From assembly GCA_963843795.1 (NCBI GenBank), contig CAWJLW010000006.1, positions 2,046,001-2,110,000 on the forward strand: a stretch of DNA of 64,000 nt. Reading direction: 5' to 3'. Made by a program: the position numbers and the translations under genes. Of the stretch, positions 63,248 through 64,000 are shown piece after piece. Source of the stretch: an uncultured bacterium. GTDB lineage: Bacteria > Armatimonadota > Abditibacteriia > Abditibacteriales > Abditibacteriaceae. Each line of letters begins with the position of its first letter. The first letter of the stretch is position 1. The notes beneath the pieces were generated by a model. That model made no database searches and was not told where the DNA came from. It was given only the letters and a program-made list of their open reading frames with translations.

Positions 63248-64000
63248 TCAACGTCCTTCGCGTTTCAATTCGACGGGAACCACGATTGGCGCGGTGGGTG
63301 GCGGCGTTTGTCCGGGATCGGCCCACGCGAAGCGACCGACGGCGCGATCCAGATTGGCGCGCGCGATTTCATAATCGTAAACCGCTTGCGTGGCGCTGGT
63401 TTGCGCGTTGAACAATTGCGTTTGTGCGTTCACGATGTCCAGAATAATGCCCAACCCCAAGCGATATTTTTCGGTCGCTGCGGTGAGATTAATCTGCGCT
63501 TGTTCGACCAGAACGCGCGCGTTGGCAATGCGCTCAATTTGACCGGAAATATCGGTGTAACCAGCTTCGACTTCGGCCTCGGCATCTTTTTCCAACTGTT
63601 CCAGATTTAAACGACTGGCCGCCAGTTCATCTTGCGCGGCACGCTTATCGGCGCGCCGCCCACCGCCATCGAAAATCGGCACATTTAGACCAACGCCAAG
63701 CTGCAAACGTCGGTCGCTCGTCGAGCGCGGATCGAGATTAAAACCCGCACTCGCTGTCACTTGCGGCTTTTGTTCGATGCGCGCCAAAGCTACCGAACTT
63801 TCGCTTTGCTGCACTGCAGCACGGCTCTGCACCAAATCGGGACGTAGATTGCGCGCTTGTTCGAGATATTCATCCAGCGTTTCTAATTGCGGCACTTGGG
63901 GCGGCTCAATTTGCAAAATTTCTGTCGCTGCAGGTAACTCGGCCAGTTCCGGCACTTGAGTTCCCGCTTCGATTTCATCAGGCGTCAAAGGCGTGGATTG
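63248..64000 (-). CDS. TolC-family outer membrane protein (5' end beyond window)
   Basis: RPDL, VPIFDGG, KYRLG, DIVNAQ, LDRAVG. Confidence 0.88.
   Translation of the reverse strand, partial: QSTPLTPDEIEAGTQVPELAELPAATEILQIEPPQVPQLETLDEYLEQARNLRPDLVQSRAAVQQSESSVALARIEQKPQVTASAGFNLDPRSTSDRRLQLGVGLNVPIFDGGGRRADKRAAQDELAASRLNLEQLEKDAEAEVEAGYTDISGQIERIANARVLVEQAQINLTAATEKYRLGLGIILDIVNAQTQLFNAQTSATQAVYDYEIARANLDRAVGRFAWADPGQTPPPTAPIVVPVELKREGR

Overview
Gene-dense window from a diderm, moderately GC-rich bacterium. lpxC, two DUF1559/H-X9-DG prepilin-like genes and two DUF6785-like membrane proteins suggest Abditibacteriota/Armatimonadota (inference). It holds mostly housekeeping genes: argJ, cinA, galM, hemW, lpxC, pyk, a hisC-aroF-tyrA-aroA-cmk-(GH3)-plsC run, folB-folK-panD, tsaD and msrA. 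It also has several glycoside hydrolases, a multi-PAS hybrid kinase with an HD-GYP regulator, and a TolC/MFP/MacB-type ABC exporter. The standout signal is a 12-bp perfect palindrome, GCAAGTACTTGC (often CTGCAAGTACTTGCAG). I counted 40 exact and about 10 near-exact copies by eye, roughly one per 1.6 kb, against about 0.004 expected by chance. It sits at most gene junctions, forms the core of 34-57 bp terminator-like hairpins with different arms, occurs as 13-bp-period doublets, and is translated inside conserved proteins in all three frames (LQVLA, [C/R]KYLQ, ASTC). It is absent from the AT-richer kinase block. This looks like a HIP1/DUS/nucleoid-binding-site-like genome-wide signal that I do not recognise as described. 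Three genes (cmk, aroF, one DUF1559 gene) carry single-base frameshifts, probably sequencing indels. No rRNA, tRNA, CRISPR array or transposase was seen.
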